The notes: a model not told the origin generated them from the sequence alone. Numbered from the stretch's first letter, positions 1 to 11,374 are shown. The stretch: DNA of 33,284 nucleotides from Nemertoderma westbladi (GCA_032718475.1 JAUCBJ010003284.1:1-33284), one strand, 5' to 3'. Numbers and translations are program-made.

Positions 1-515
1 GGTGTTAGTTAATACGGTATGTTACTTATATTATGTTATATCCCATGGGTGTTAGTTAATACGGTATGTTACTTATATTATGTTATATCCCATGGGTGTT
101 AGTTAATACGGTATGTTACTTATATTATGTTATATCCCATGGGTGTTAGTTAATACGGTATGTTACTTACTTATATTATATTATATCCCATGGGTGTTAA
201 TACGGTATGTTACTTACTTATATTATGTTATATCCCATGGGTGTTAGTTAATACGGTATGTTACTTACTTATATTATGTTATATCCCACGGGTGTTAATA
301 CGGTATGTTACTTACTTATATTATGTTATATCCCATGGGTGTTAGTTAATACGGTATGTTACTTACTTATATTATGTTATATCCCATGGGTGTTAATAGG
401 GTATGTTACTTACTTATATTATGTTATATCCCATGGGTGTTAATAGGGTATGTTACTTACTTATATTATGTTATATCCCATGGGTGTTAATACGGTATGT
501 TACTTACTTATATTA
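1..515. repeat. Minisatellite, 47-51 bp unit, ~10-11 copies, runs off the window edge
   Basis: Unit GGTGTT(AGTT)AATACGGTATGTTACTTA(CTTA)TATTATGTTATATCCCATG repeated directly. Confidence 0.95.
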
Positions 516-630
516 TATCCAATTTGCCCAGGGGACCCAGAACTAGGTAAACCGTGAAGTTGTCACTTAGATGGAACTTGCTAATATGCTGTGATTGTCT
601 TACTATATCGTACATGCCTTTCAGTACCTC
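508..630 (-). CDS. Candidate terminal coding exon of the JAKMIP-like gene (EVLKGMYDIVRQ...KLDII*)
   Basis: TAG acceptor at 631-633, 40 open codons in phase 0 matching the phase-0 donor at 726, TAA at 508-510. No clear family motif. Confidence 0.35.
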   Translation of the reverse strand, partial: EVLKGMYDIVRQSQHISKFHLSDNFTVYLVLGPLGKLDII

Positions 631-726
631 CTACAGTACAGTAGATAGCCTTACCGACATTTGATCGCGTCGAAAGAATTCCCATATCTGACACAGTGAC
701 AACATCTGTATTGATAAATGACTTAC

Positions 727-870
727 TTCTTTATCCAGGGCCCTGAACCTCATTTCCGCAACCTCCATTATCGTTTTCCCCATCTCTAAAGCTTCTTTTG
801 CTTTATCTTCCAAGTCCTCGTCGTTCTTTAGGAACATTAAAGCATCCTTAACTTCATCAACGTCGAGATG
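727..870 (-). CDS. JAKMIP: JAKMIP-like exon (HLDVDEVKDALMFLKNDEDLEDKAKEALEMGKTIMEVAEMRFRALDKE)
   Basis: TTGTAG acceptor and GTAAGT donor, 144 nt, phase 0/0. Resembles the recalled JAKMIP C-terminal block (DVNVSELMKKLDILGDN...QAGTVLALCEKW). Confidence 0.85.
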
Positions 871-914
871 CTACAACAAATCAAAAATCTAAATTCTATA
901 AAGTGTAACGGTAA

Positions 915-3900
915 GTGTACTAAGTGTACCAGTACTACTACTAACTGTACCAGTACTACTGTAGTACTAACTACTAGTACGAACTGAACTAGTACTAACT
1001 GTACTACTACTAACTACTAGTACGAACTGTACTAGTACGAACTGTACTAGTACTAACTGTACCAGTACTACTGTAGTACTAACTACTAGTACGAACTATA
1101 CTAGTACTAACTGTACTAGTACGAACTGTACTAGTACAAACTGTACCAGTACTACTGTAGTACTAACTACTAGTACGAACTGAACTAGTACTAACTGTAC
1201 TACTACTAACTACTAGTACGAACTGTACTAGTACGAACTGTACTAGTACTAACTGTACCAGTACTACTGTAGTACTAACTACTAGTACGAACTATACTAG
1301 TACTAACTGTACTAGTACGAACTGTACTAGTACAAACTGTACCAGTACTACTGTAGTACTAACTACTAGTACGAACTGTACTAGTACGAACTGTACTAGT
1401 ACGAACTTTACTAGTACGAACTGTACTAGTACGAACTGTACTAGTACGAACTGTACTAGTACGAACTGTACTAGTACGTACTGTACTAGTACTAACTGTA
1501 CTAGTACGAACTTTACTAGTACGAACTGTACCAGTACTACTGTAGTACTAACTACTAGTACGAACTGAACTAGTACTAACTGTACTACTACTAACTACTA
1601 GTACGAACTGTACTAGTACGAACTGTACTAGTACTAACTGTACCAGTACTACTGTAGTACTAACTACTAGTACGAACTATACTAGTACTAACTGTACTAG
1701 TACGAACTGTACTAGTACAAACTGTACCAGTACTACTGTAGTACTAACTACTAGTACGAACTGTACTAGTACGAACTGTACTAGTACGAACTTTACTAGT
1801 ACGAACTGTACTAGTACGAACTGTACTAGTACGAACTGTACTAGTACGAACTGTACTAGTACGTACTGTACTAGTACTAACTGTACTAGTACGAACTTTA
1901 CTAGTACGAACTGTACCAGTACTACTGTAGTACTAACTACTAGTACGAACTGAACTAGTACTAACTGTACTACTACTAACTACTAGTACGAACTGTACTA
2001 GTACGAACTGTACTAGTACGAACTGTACTAGTACGAACTGAACTAGTACTAACTGTACTACTACTAACTACTAGTACGAACTGTACTAGTACGAACTGAA
2101 CTACTACTAACTACTAGTACGAACTGAACTAGTACTAACTGTACTACTACTAACTACTAGTACGAACTGTACTAGTACGAACTGAACTAGTACTAACTGT
2201 ACTACTACTAACTACTAGTACGAACTGAACTAGTACTAACTGTACTACTACTAACTACTAGTACGAACTGAACTAGTACTAACTGTACTACTACTAACTA
2301 CTAGTACGAACTGTACTAGTACGAACTGTACTAGTACGAACTGAACTAGTACTAACTGTACTACTACTAACTACTAGTACGAACTGTACTAGTACGAACT
2401 GTACTAGTACTAACTGTACCAGTACTACTGTAGTACTAACTACTAGTACGAACTGAACTAGTACTAACTGTACTACTACTAACTACTAGTACGAACTGTA
2501 CTAGTACGAACTGTACTAGTACTAACTGTACCAGTACTACTGTAGTACTAACTACTAGTACGAACTGAACTAGTACTAACTGTACTACTACTAACTACTA
2601 GTACGAACTGTACTAGTACGAACTGTACTAGTACAAACTGTACCAGTACTACTGTAGTACTAACTACTAGTACGAACTGTACTAGTACGAACTGTACTAG
2701 TACGAACTTTACTAGTACGAACTGTACTAGTACGAACTGTACTAGTACGAACTGTACTAGTACGAACTGTACTAGTACGTACTGTACTAGTACTAACTGT
2801 ACTAGTACGAACTTTACTAGTACGAACTGTACCAGTACTACTGTAGTACTAACTACTAGTACGAACTGAACTAGTACTAACTGTACTACTACTAACTACT
2901 AGTACGAACTGTACTAGTACGAACTGTACTAGTACTAACTGTACCAGTACTACTGTAGTACTAACTACTAGTACGAACTATACTAGTACTAACTGTACTA
3001 GTACGAACTGTACTAGTACAAACTGTACCAGTACTACTGTAGTACTAACTACTAGTACGAACTGTACTAGTACGAACTGTACTAGTACGAACTTTACTAG
3101 TACGAACTGTACTAGTACGAACTGTACTAGTACGAACTGTACTAGTACGAACTGTACTAGTACGTACTGTACTAGTACTAACTGTACTAGTACGAACTTT
3201 ACTAGTACGAACTGTACCAGTACTACTGTAGTACTAACTACTAGTACGAACTGAACTAGTACTAACTGTACTACTACTAACTACTAGTACGAACTGTACT
3301 AGTACGAACTGTACTAGTACTAACTGTACCAGTACTACTGTAGTACTAACTACTAGTACGAACTGAACTAGTACTAACTGTACTACTACTAACTACTAGT
3401 ACGAACTGTACTAGTACGAACTGTACTAGTACTAACTGTACCAGTACTACTGTAGTACTAACTACTAGTACGAACTATACTAGTACTAACTGTACTAGTA
3501 CGAACTGTACTAGTACAAACTGTACCAGTACTACTGTAGTACTAACTACTAGTACGAACTGTACTAGTACGAACTGTACTAGTACGAACTTTACTAGTAC
3601 GAACTGTACTAGTACGAACTGTACTAGTACGAACTGTACTAGTACGAACTGTACTAGTACGTACTGTACTAGTACTAACTGTACTAGTACGAACTTTACT
3701 AGTACGAACTGTACCAGTACTACTGTAGTACTAACTACTAGTACGAACTGTACTAGTACGAACTGTACTAGTACGAACTTTACTAGTACGAACTGTATTA
3801 GTACGAACTGTACTAGTTTTTTTTTTTTTTACTTTACAAGCCTCATTTATTCACAAAATAATAAAAACCTTCAGAAATACAAACACAATTATAGGCACTA

Positions 3901-4410
3901 TAACAAACAATTAAAAACAGTAATTACAGAAACGCGGGAAATTAAAAAACTTAAACAACAACAAACAGGCAAACTGCACCACCACCAAACAGCCTGTAAC
4001 CTATATAAACATGCCTGCGCCTGGCTCTGAGTCGGCGTTCGCTAACACGATGGAGGTATCAGCGACATCTGCTGCCCGTACCGGTCTCTTGGCGGCAGAC
4101 CGGAACCCCCGCAGACGAACTGTACTAGTACGAACTGTACTAGTACGAACTTTACTAGTACGAACTGTACTAGTACGAACTGTACTAGTACGAACTGTAC
4201 TAGTACGAACTGTACTAGTACGTACTGTACTAGTACGAACTGTACTAGTACGAACTGTACTAGTACGAACTGTACTAGTACGACTGTACTAGTACGAACT
4301 GTACTAGTACGAACTGTACTAGTACGAACTGTACTAGTACGAACTGTACTAGTACGAACTGTACTAGTACGAACTGTACTAGTACGAACTGTACGAGTAC
4401 TAGTACTAAC
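915..4410. repeat. 15-bp satellite GTACTAGTACGAACT with variants and ~385-bp higher-order repeats, interrupted at 3817-4114
   Basis: Direct tandem repetition. The same variant block starts at 1141, 1526, 1911 and at 2827, 3212 (385-bp spacing). Confidence 0.97.
3817..4114 (-). mobile_element. Short polyadenylated retro-insertion (5'-truncated non-LTR element or retrocopy) inside the satellite
   Basis: T14 at 3817-3830 (poly-A on the minus strand), AATAAA at 3846-3851 on the minus strand, ACGAACTGTACTAG on both flanks. Confidence 0.7.
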
Positions 4411-4517
4411 TCATAGCAGATTTTTTTAACCCTTTAACTAATTTATTAACTTGAATTATAAAAACCTTTAAAATTTAAAACATCTTACATATGTTGGTCG
4501 TATGTTACATATGTTAT

Positions 4518-5490
4518 GTAGGTCGTTAGTTAGGGAGTTAGGTAGGTCGTTAGTTAGGGAGTTAGGTAGGTCGTTAGTTAGGGAGTTAGGTAGGTCGTTA
4601 GTTAGGGAGTTAGGTAGGTCGTTAGTTAGGGAGTTAGGTAGGTCGTTAGTTAGGGAGTTAGGTAGGTCGTTAGTTAGGGAGTTAGGTAGGTCGTTAGTTA
4701 GGGAGTTAGGTAGGTCGTTAGTTAGGGAGTTAGGTAGGTCGTTAGTTAGGGAGTTAGGTAGGTCGTTAGTTAGGGAATTAGGTAGGTCGTTAGTTAGGGA
4801 GTTAGGTAGGTCGTTAGTTAGGGAGTTAGGTAGGTCGTTAGTTAGGGAGTTAGGTAGGTCGTAAGTTAGGGAGTTAGGTAGGTCGTTAGTTAGGGAGTTA
4901 GGTAGGTCGTTAGTTAGGGAGTTAGGTAGGTCGTTAGTTAGGGAGTTAGGTAGGTCGTTAGTTAGGGAGTTAGGTAGGTCGTTAGTTAGGGAGTTAGGTA
5001 GGTCGTTAGTTAGGGAGTTAGGTAGGTCGTTAGTTAGGGAGTTAGGTAGGTCGTTAGTTAGGGAGTTAGGTAGGTCGTTAGTTAGGGAGTTAGGTAGGTC
5101 GTTAGTTAGGGAATTAGGTAGGTCGTTAGTTAGGGAGTTAGGTAGGTCGTTAGTTAGGGAGTTAGGTAGGTTGTTAGGTAGGGATTTAGGTAGGTCGTTA
5201 GGTAGGTCGTTAGTTAGGGAGTTAGGTAGGTCGTTAGGTAGGGAGTTAGGTATGGAGTTAGGTAGGTCGTTAGTTAGGGAGTTAGGTAGGTCGTTAGTTA
5301 GGGAGTTAGGTAGGTCATTAGTTAGGGAGTTAGGTAGGTCGTTAGTTGGGGAGTTAGGTAGGTCATTAGTTAGGGAGTTAGGTATGGAGTTAGGTAGGTC
5401 GTTAGTTAGGGAGTTAGGTAGGTCGTTAGTTAGGGAGTTAGGTAGGTCATTAGTTAGGGAGTTAGGTAGGTCGTTAGTTAGGGAGTTAGG
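4518..5490. repeat. 24-bp minisatellite GGTCGTTAGTTAGGGAGTTAGGTA, ~40 copies
   Basis: Near-perfect tandem repeat, degenerating after ~5170. Each unit contains TTAGGG and TTAGG. Confidence 0.97.
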
Positions 5491-5733
5491 GAGTTGTTAT
5501 ATTCATATATTCACCATTAATATCTTCTTTGTGCTTTAAATTTAATTATTACCTAATTACTTAATTATTCCTAAGTATTTTGTACTGTGCAATTAATTCT
5601 ATTGTCTCATGTACGACGTCAGCTAATAATAATAATAATATCATAAAAAAACCATCACCAACTGACATTAATTATAAGACAGTAATTATTTTTAAAAGTA
5701 GAGCAGTATAAGTACCCGCCATCATGACAAGTT

Positions 5734-6545
5734 AGTACTAACTAGAACTAACTGCACTAGTACTAACTGTACTAGTACTAACTACTAGTACTAACTGTAC
5801 TAGTACTAACTGTACTAGTACTAACTGTACTAGTACTAACTGTACTAGTACTAACTGTACTAGTACTAACTGTACTAGTACTAACTGTACTAGTACTAAC
5901 TGTACTAGTACTAACTGTACTAGTACTAACTGTACTAGTACTAACTGTACTAGTACTAACTGTACTAGTACTAACTGTACTAGTACTGACTGCACTAGTA
6001 CTGACTGTACTAGTACTGACTGTACCAGTACTAACTTGCAGTGACTCTGGTGAAGGTGCAGTCGTTGGTGGAGAGAGCAGCAAAAGCAGAAAAAACGTAC
6101 AGTCAGATCTCCCCACAACAATGCAAGCTCTGTGAGCTGACGTCGGAGAAAGGCGCATCGTCCTGGCTCAACAGCAAGCCTCTGACTTTGCAGGACAGGC
6201 ACCTGGACAAAGAGGATTTCCGCAATGCGATCTACCCATGCACCACCCACCATTCCCAGACAACATGCAACATAACTCTTAACTCTACATTAATTAGTGA
6301 TTTTTAATCTTTTGCTATATAAAATATGATTCCTCTAAATTTTGCAGTACTAACTGTACTAGTACTAACTGTAGTACAAAAAACGAACTGTGTCCTAGTA
6401 CTAACTGTAGTAGTACTAACTGTACTAGTACTAACTGTCCTAGTACTAACTGTCCTAGTACTAACTGTATAGTAGTACTAACTGTACTAGTACTAACAGT
6501 ACTAGTACTATCTGTACTAGTACTATTACTAGCTATTACTAACTG
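5734..6545. repeat. Second block of the 15-bp satellite (variant GTACTAGTACTAACT), split by an insert at ~6036-6348
   Basis: Direct tandem repeats at 5734-6035 and 6347-6545. Confidence 0.93.
6041..6240 (+). mobile_element. Internal fragment of a CRE-clade-like (restriction-like endonuclease) non-LTR retrotransposon ORF
   Basis: Translates to ELTSEKGASSWLNSKPLTLQDRHLDKEDFRNAI, matching the recalled post-RT motif EKGASSWL..LP......L.K..FRDA of metazoan CRE-like elements. Confidence 0.7.
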
Positions 6546-6635
6546 AAGGGCTCCAATATTACATTATACAGTATGTTATTTTATGTCCACTGGTTCTACC
6601 ACCGTCTGGCAGTATGAATTCGTCTCGGGAAAACT

Positions 6636-6785
6636 GCAGGTTACAGTGACACGTTATTCTAACCAAAACAATAAACAAAAGTAAATAGAATAGGTTACAG
6701 TTTTTTTTTTGAGAGTAATCAGTTGTTATTTGCGCCGATTTTCCCTGGAGGGAGATTAATTTTCATTGCGTCGAACCCTCCCCCC
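6636..6785 (+). repeat. Dispersed repeat copy, shared with ~18780-18930
   Basis: CAGGTTACAGTG...TAACCAAAACAAT...TTTTGAGAGTAATCAG.T.TTATTTGCG...CCCTGGAG occurs at both loci. Confidence 0.8.
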
Positions 6786-7038
6786 TTTATCTCCAAAGTT
6801 TCGTGAGTGAAGTTGCATCTAACAAGAATAGCTGCTGGGATCTAAAAACCTTTGGATGGTAAATAAATGGGATGTAGAAACCCTCTGGGATATAATGACA
6901 TGCGATCCTCTATCGACATACTACATTCTGAGCAGTATGTAAGGATAAGACATCAATATCTACAGTACTGCTTGTTGTACTACAACATGGAGCACTATGT
7001 AATGGTAAGTCTCACTCCACTATCTACCATCTACTAAC

Positions 7039-7173
7039 ACTCTGGCCCTCGTCAATAAGCGCCTGCTGAAGGAATCCTTGATCCACTCCGCGATTTGATG
7101 TACTACTTTGGGTTCTATCTCTACTGGCCTTGATGCTGGCCCCACGATCACGGTACAATCCTCGCCGTTTATC
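7039..7173 (-). CDS. JAKMIP: JAKMIP-like exon (DKRRGLYRDRGASIKASRDRTQSSTSNRGVDQGFLQQALIDEGQS)
   Basis: TTTTCCCAG acceptor, GTTAGT donor, 135 nt open, phase 0/0. LQQALIDEG parallels the recalled JAKMIP LQ.FC..EG. Confidence 0.78.
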
Positions 7174-7530
7174 CTGGGAAAATATAAATAAAGTCAAAGA
7201 TTAAATAAAATATAAGTATAAAACATATGTTTACAGATATTTATGAGGTAGCTGGAGAACTAATAACTAAAACTGAATTCCAATCTTATCAAGTCTGGTT
7301 TATGACTTCGAGAAGATTGAAAGATCATCTGTAAACACGGATACATAATTTCCTAACATCAACACCCGTCGTTGGATTTAATAGATAATAGTGATCTAAT
7401 CTAGGTTGTTCAAAAGGTTGTCTGTCGCTTTTCAACAGTTTGTCTTTGGCGGGTTGGTTCAATATATTGATCTTCGCCGAGCGCGGCCCGATTGGGATAA
7501 AGGGAAGTTTGTCTTTCTAGAAGAGAAGCA

Positions 7531-7658
7531 GACGACCCCCGACTTTGACGACCCCCGACTTTGACGACCCCCGACTTTGACGACCCCCGACTTTGACGAC
7601 CCCCGACTTTGACGACCCCCGACTTTGACGACCCCCGACTTTGACGACCCCCGACTTT
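7531..7658. repeat. 16-bp minisatellite GACGACCCCCGACTTT x8
   Basis: Perfect tandem copies. Confidence 0.95.
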
Positions 7659-7919
7659 GAACGTTATTCCACCTTTGTTACTGTGGAAGAACAGGGCGCT
7701 CAATAAAAACGTAAAATAGACTTTACAGATAAAGAGATAAACTAAAGTTATATACCTATGCATGGTGTACCGGTGAAGGGCCTAACTCCATGCACTGTCC
7801 TATGGAAGTTTTCTTTCATCAGACTAGTTAAGGATGGGAGTTTTCCGGAGAATATGTTTCTTCCGGAAATTTCCGGAAATTTTATTATACCTATTCTATC
7901 TAACAACAAGAAATACGAT

Positions 7920-8165
7920 GAGTGGTAGGTGTTAGTTTGGGAGGTAGGTGGGAATTAGTTGGTTTAATGGGTGGGTTTGCATGAGGGGTGGGAGGGTGTG
8001 TGGGTGCTGGGTTTGCATGAGGGGTGGGAGGGTGTGTGGGTGCTGGGTTTGTATGGGGGTGGGAGGGTGGTGGGTTTGTATGGGGGGTAGGAGGGTTGGG
8101 AAGATTTTGGGTTTGTATGGGGGTGGGTGGGGGGTGTGTTGGTGCGGGTGGGTGGGTGGGGGGGT
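7920..8165. repeat. G-rich low-complexity tract with ~33-bp repeats
   Basis: GGGTTTGCATGAGGGGTGGGAGGGTGTGTGGGTGCT-like units with dense GGG runs. Confidence 0.8.
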
Positions 8166-8169
8166 TATA

Positions 8170-8575
8170 TTGAAAAATATCGAGACATGAAAAATATCGA
8201 GAGTAAAAATATCGAGTGTTGAAAAATATCGAGTGTTGAAAAATATCAGTGTTGAAAAATACAGAGTGTAAAATATCGAGTGTTGAAAAATATCGAGAGT
8301 AAAAATATCGAGTGTTGAAAAATATCGAGTGTTGAAAAATATCGAGAGTAAAAATATCGAGTGTTGAAAAATATCGAGAGCAAAAATATCGAGAGTTGAA
8401 AAATATAGAGTGTTGAAAAATATCGAGAGTAAAAATATCGAGTGTTGAAAAATATCGAGAGCAAAAATATCGAGAGTTGAAAAATATAGAGTGTTGAAAA
8501 ATATCGAGAGTAAAAATATGGAGTGTTGAAAAATATAGAGTGAAAAATATCGAGAGTAATAATATCGATAGTAGC
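8170..8575 (+). repeat. 15-17 bp satellite (AAAAATATCGAGTGTTG / AAAAATATCGAGAGT), forward array
   Basis: Direct tandem repetition of two alternating unit types. Confidence 0.93.
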
Positions 8576-8848
8576 AAATTTTTTAATTAAGGGCTGTATG
8601 ATAATTGTTTTCCTAAAAATGTCCTAGAACCAAAAAATGTGTTCTAGAACAAAAAATATTTATCAAAATTTATAGCTAGCACTTATTCTATAATATTTAT
8701 TAAAAAAATAGCAAAAACTAGCTAGTATAATAAATCTGGTGAATGGGTAGCCAAGGTGTATTAATGCCCTTTACTTGCACTTGCACTGCTGTAACCCATG
8801 CACTGAAATATTGTCCCATAATTCTAAATAAAATGCTCACTCAAAATG

Positions 8849-9585
8849 CAATATTTTTTACTCTCGATACGTTTCAACACTCGATATTTTTCAAACTCGT
8901 TATTTTTACTCTCGATATTTTTCAACACTCGATATTTTTCAACACTCGATATTTTTCAACTCTCGATATTTTTCAACACTCGATATTTTTTAACACTCGA
9001 TATTTTTACTCTCGATATTTTTCAACACTCGATATTTTTACTCTCGATATTTTTACTCTTGATATTTTTACTCTCGATATTTTCAACACTCGATATTGTT
9101 ACTCTCGATACGTTTCAACACTCGATATTTTTCAAACTCGTTATTTTTACTCTCGATATTTTTCAACACTCGATATTTTTTAACACTCGATATTTTTACT
9201 CTCGATATTTTTCAACACTCGATATTTTTACTCGCGATATTTTTCAACACTCGATATTTTTACTCTCGATATTTTTACTCTTGATATTTTTACTCTCGAT
9301 ATTTTCAACACTCGATATTGTTACTCTCGATATTTTTCAACACTCTATATTTTTACTCTCGATATTTTTCAACACTCGATATTTTTACTCTCGATATTTT
9401 TCAACATTCTATATTTTTCAACACTCGATATTTTTCAACACTCGATATTGTTACTCTCGATATTTTTCAACACTCGATATTTTTACTCTCGATATTTTTC
9501 AACACTCGATATTTTTACTCTCGATATTTTTCAAGTCTCGATATTTTTCAACACTCGATATTTTTCAACACTCGATATTTTTCAC
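8849..9585 (-). repeat. Same 15-17 bp satellite in reverse orientation
   Basis: CAACACTCGATATTTTT / ACTCTCGATATTTTT units are the reverse complement of the 8170-8575 units. Confidence 0.93.
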
Positions 9586-10659
9586 CTTTACCGGTGGGGG
9601 GGGGGGGGGGGGGGGGTGGGTGGGTGTGTATTGTGGGTTTGGGGATTTTGAGGTTTTTTTTATTACCTGAGGTAGTCCTAATCCTCGTATCATCGCCCTA
9701 TGCCCTCCCGCTAAATTAATACTACACACAATATAACAGAGCTAATTGTAATAGACCTAAATACACATAATATATGAAGAAATAATAGCTATTACTTAAC
9801 CCAGTAAACAATAAAACTGAATTGACACGGATTTATTGGGACAAACTACTGCCAAGTACCACCATAGCTTAAGTAATTATTAAACTATCCATTACTGTTG
9901 ATTATTTTACGCGCGGTAAGATTAAAACCCAACAACGTAGGCATTCAGAAAAATGGAAAAATGCCAGAATTATAATGTGGTGAATATCTCTCTTACATCA
10001 AATTACTAACACAATGTGACGATAATGTAAGCAACCAGTAGACAAAGGAAAAATAACTTATGATTAACAATAATTAATACTTTGGTCAATAAATTGTGGG
10101 GATAAATAGTTGTTGAAAGTGTTATTGAATGATAATATTAGTATCAGTCAGTATGTTCTGTTTTATGTTGATATTCGATTCATTTAGTCCTTGAAATATG
10201 ATGAAACTTGTTGCTTTACTAGGATCTATAAACTGTCCCGCGAGTTGCGTTCTCTAACTGCGTTATTTGATTTCAGACAGTGGATGAGCCACAAGGAAAC
10301 GTTCATTGAAAGTTAAGTGAAATCCTCTCGCGAACTAACAGCCGTCGGTGGGTTAAACATTTTACAGCAAGTAAACGAGACAGACAAATAGCTGAGGCGC
10401 CAACTTGTTGTGCTGTTTCCTAGTGGCTAGAAATTACACATAAAAACTAACTTAGTTTCATTATTATTATGATTATTATTATCATTCATTACCAAAAGAG
10501 AAGTACAGTCAAGGACAAATTATAGTAAAGAATAAGCACAAGTAATAAAGGAAAGGTAAGGAGGATAAGATATAAGCTACGACCGGTAAAGTATTAATTA
10601 ACCGTAAACGGTATATAACATGAAAGTACTAAGTAAATATGAAAATATATAGATATTAA

Positions 10660-11251
10660 AAGATTCACTTACAGCTGATTGTTCTACTGAACCAATAAGA
10701 TTAACTTACAGCTGATTGTTCTACTGGACCAATAAGATTCACTTACAGCTGATTGTTCTACTGGACCAATAAGATTCACTTACAGCTGATTATTCTACTT
10801 GAACAATAAGATTCACGTACAGCTGATTGTTCTACTAAACCAATAAGATTCACTTACAGCTGATTGTTCTACTGAACCAATAAGATTCACTTACAGCTGA
10901 TTGTTCTACTGAACCAATAAGATTCACTTACAGCTGATTGTTCTACTGAACCAATAAGATTAACTTACAGCTGATTGTTCTACTGGACCAATAAGATTCA
11001 CTTACAGCTGATTGTTCTACTGAACCAATAAGATTCACTTACAGCTGATTGTTCTACTGAACCAATAAGATTCACTTACAGCTGATTGTTCTACTGAACC
11101 AATAAGATTCACTTACAGCTGATTGTTCTACTGAACCAATAAGATTCACTTGCAGCTGATTGTTCTACTGGAACAATACGATTCACTTACAGCTGATTGT
11201 TCTACTGGACCAATAAGATTCACTTACAGCTGATTGTTCTACTGGACCAAT
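10660..11251. repeat. 37-bp minisatellite x16 made of the last 24 nt of an exon plus its 5' splice site
   Basis: Unit AAGATTCACTTACAGCTGATTGTTCTACTGAACCAAT; 592 bp = 16x37. The last copy overlaps exon 11228-11374. Confidence 0.96.
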
Positions 11252-11374
11252 ATTCCCAGCATTATTAAGTTGTTCTTCCAACTCGACGATCTGAAACTCC
11301 AACAAATCATTTCGGTTTTTATGCTCGTCTATCTCATTCAAACAAGCGTCATGTTTTCTATCCAGATCTTTATA
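11228..11374 (-). CDS. JAKMIP: JAKMIP-like exon (YKDLDRKHDACLNEIDEHKNRNDLLEFQIVELEEQLNNAGNIGPVEQSA)
   Basis: TTATAG acceptor, GTAAGT donor, 147 nt, phase 0/0. NDLLEFQIVELEE matches the JAKMIP signature QNELLEFR[IV]LELE. Confidence 0.9.

Noticed and set aside
4518-5490. True telomere or interstitial telomeric array
   Set aside because: It is not a pure TTAGGG or TTAGG run but a fixed 24-bp composite unit inside an intron.
160-9719. Repetitive ORFs (160, 258, 4011, 4502, 5171, 5738, 5778, 7410, 7900-9719)
   Set aside because: They are stop-free frames of minisatellites or low-complexity tracts, with no splice or domain support.
10660-11251. 37-bp repeat as a CRISPR array
   Set aside because: The units are contiguous with no unique spacers, there are no cas genes, and the context is a eukaryotic intron.
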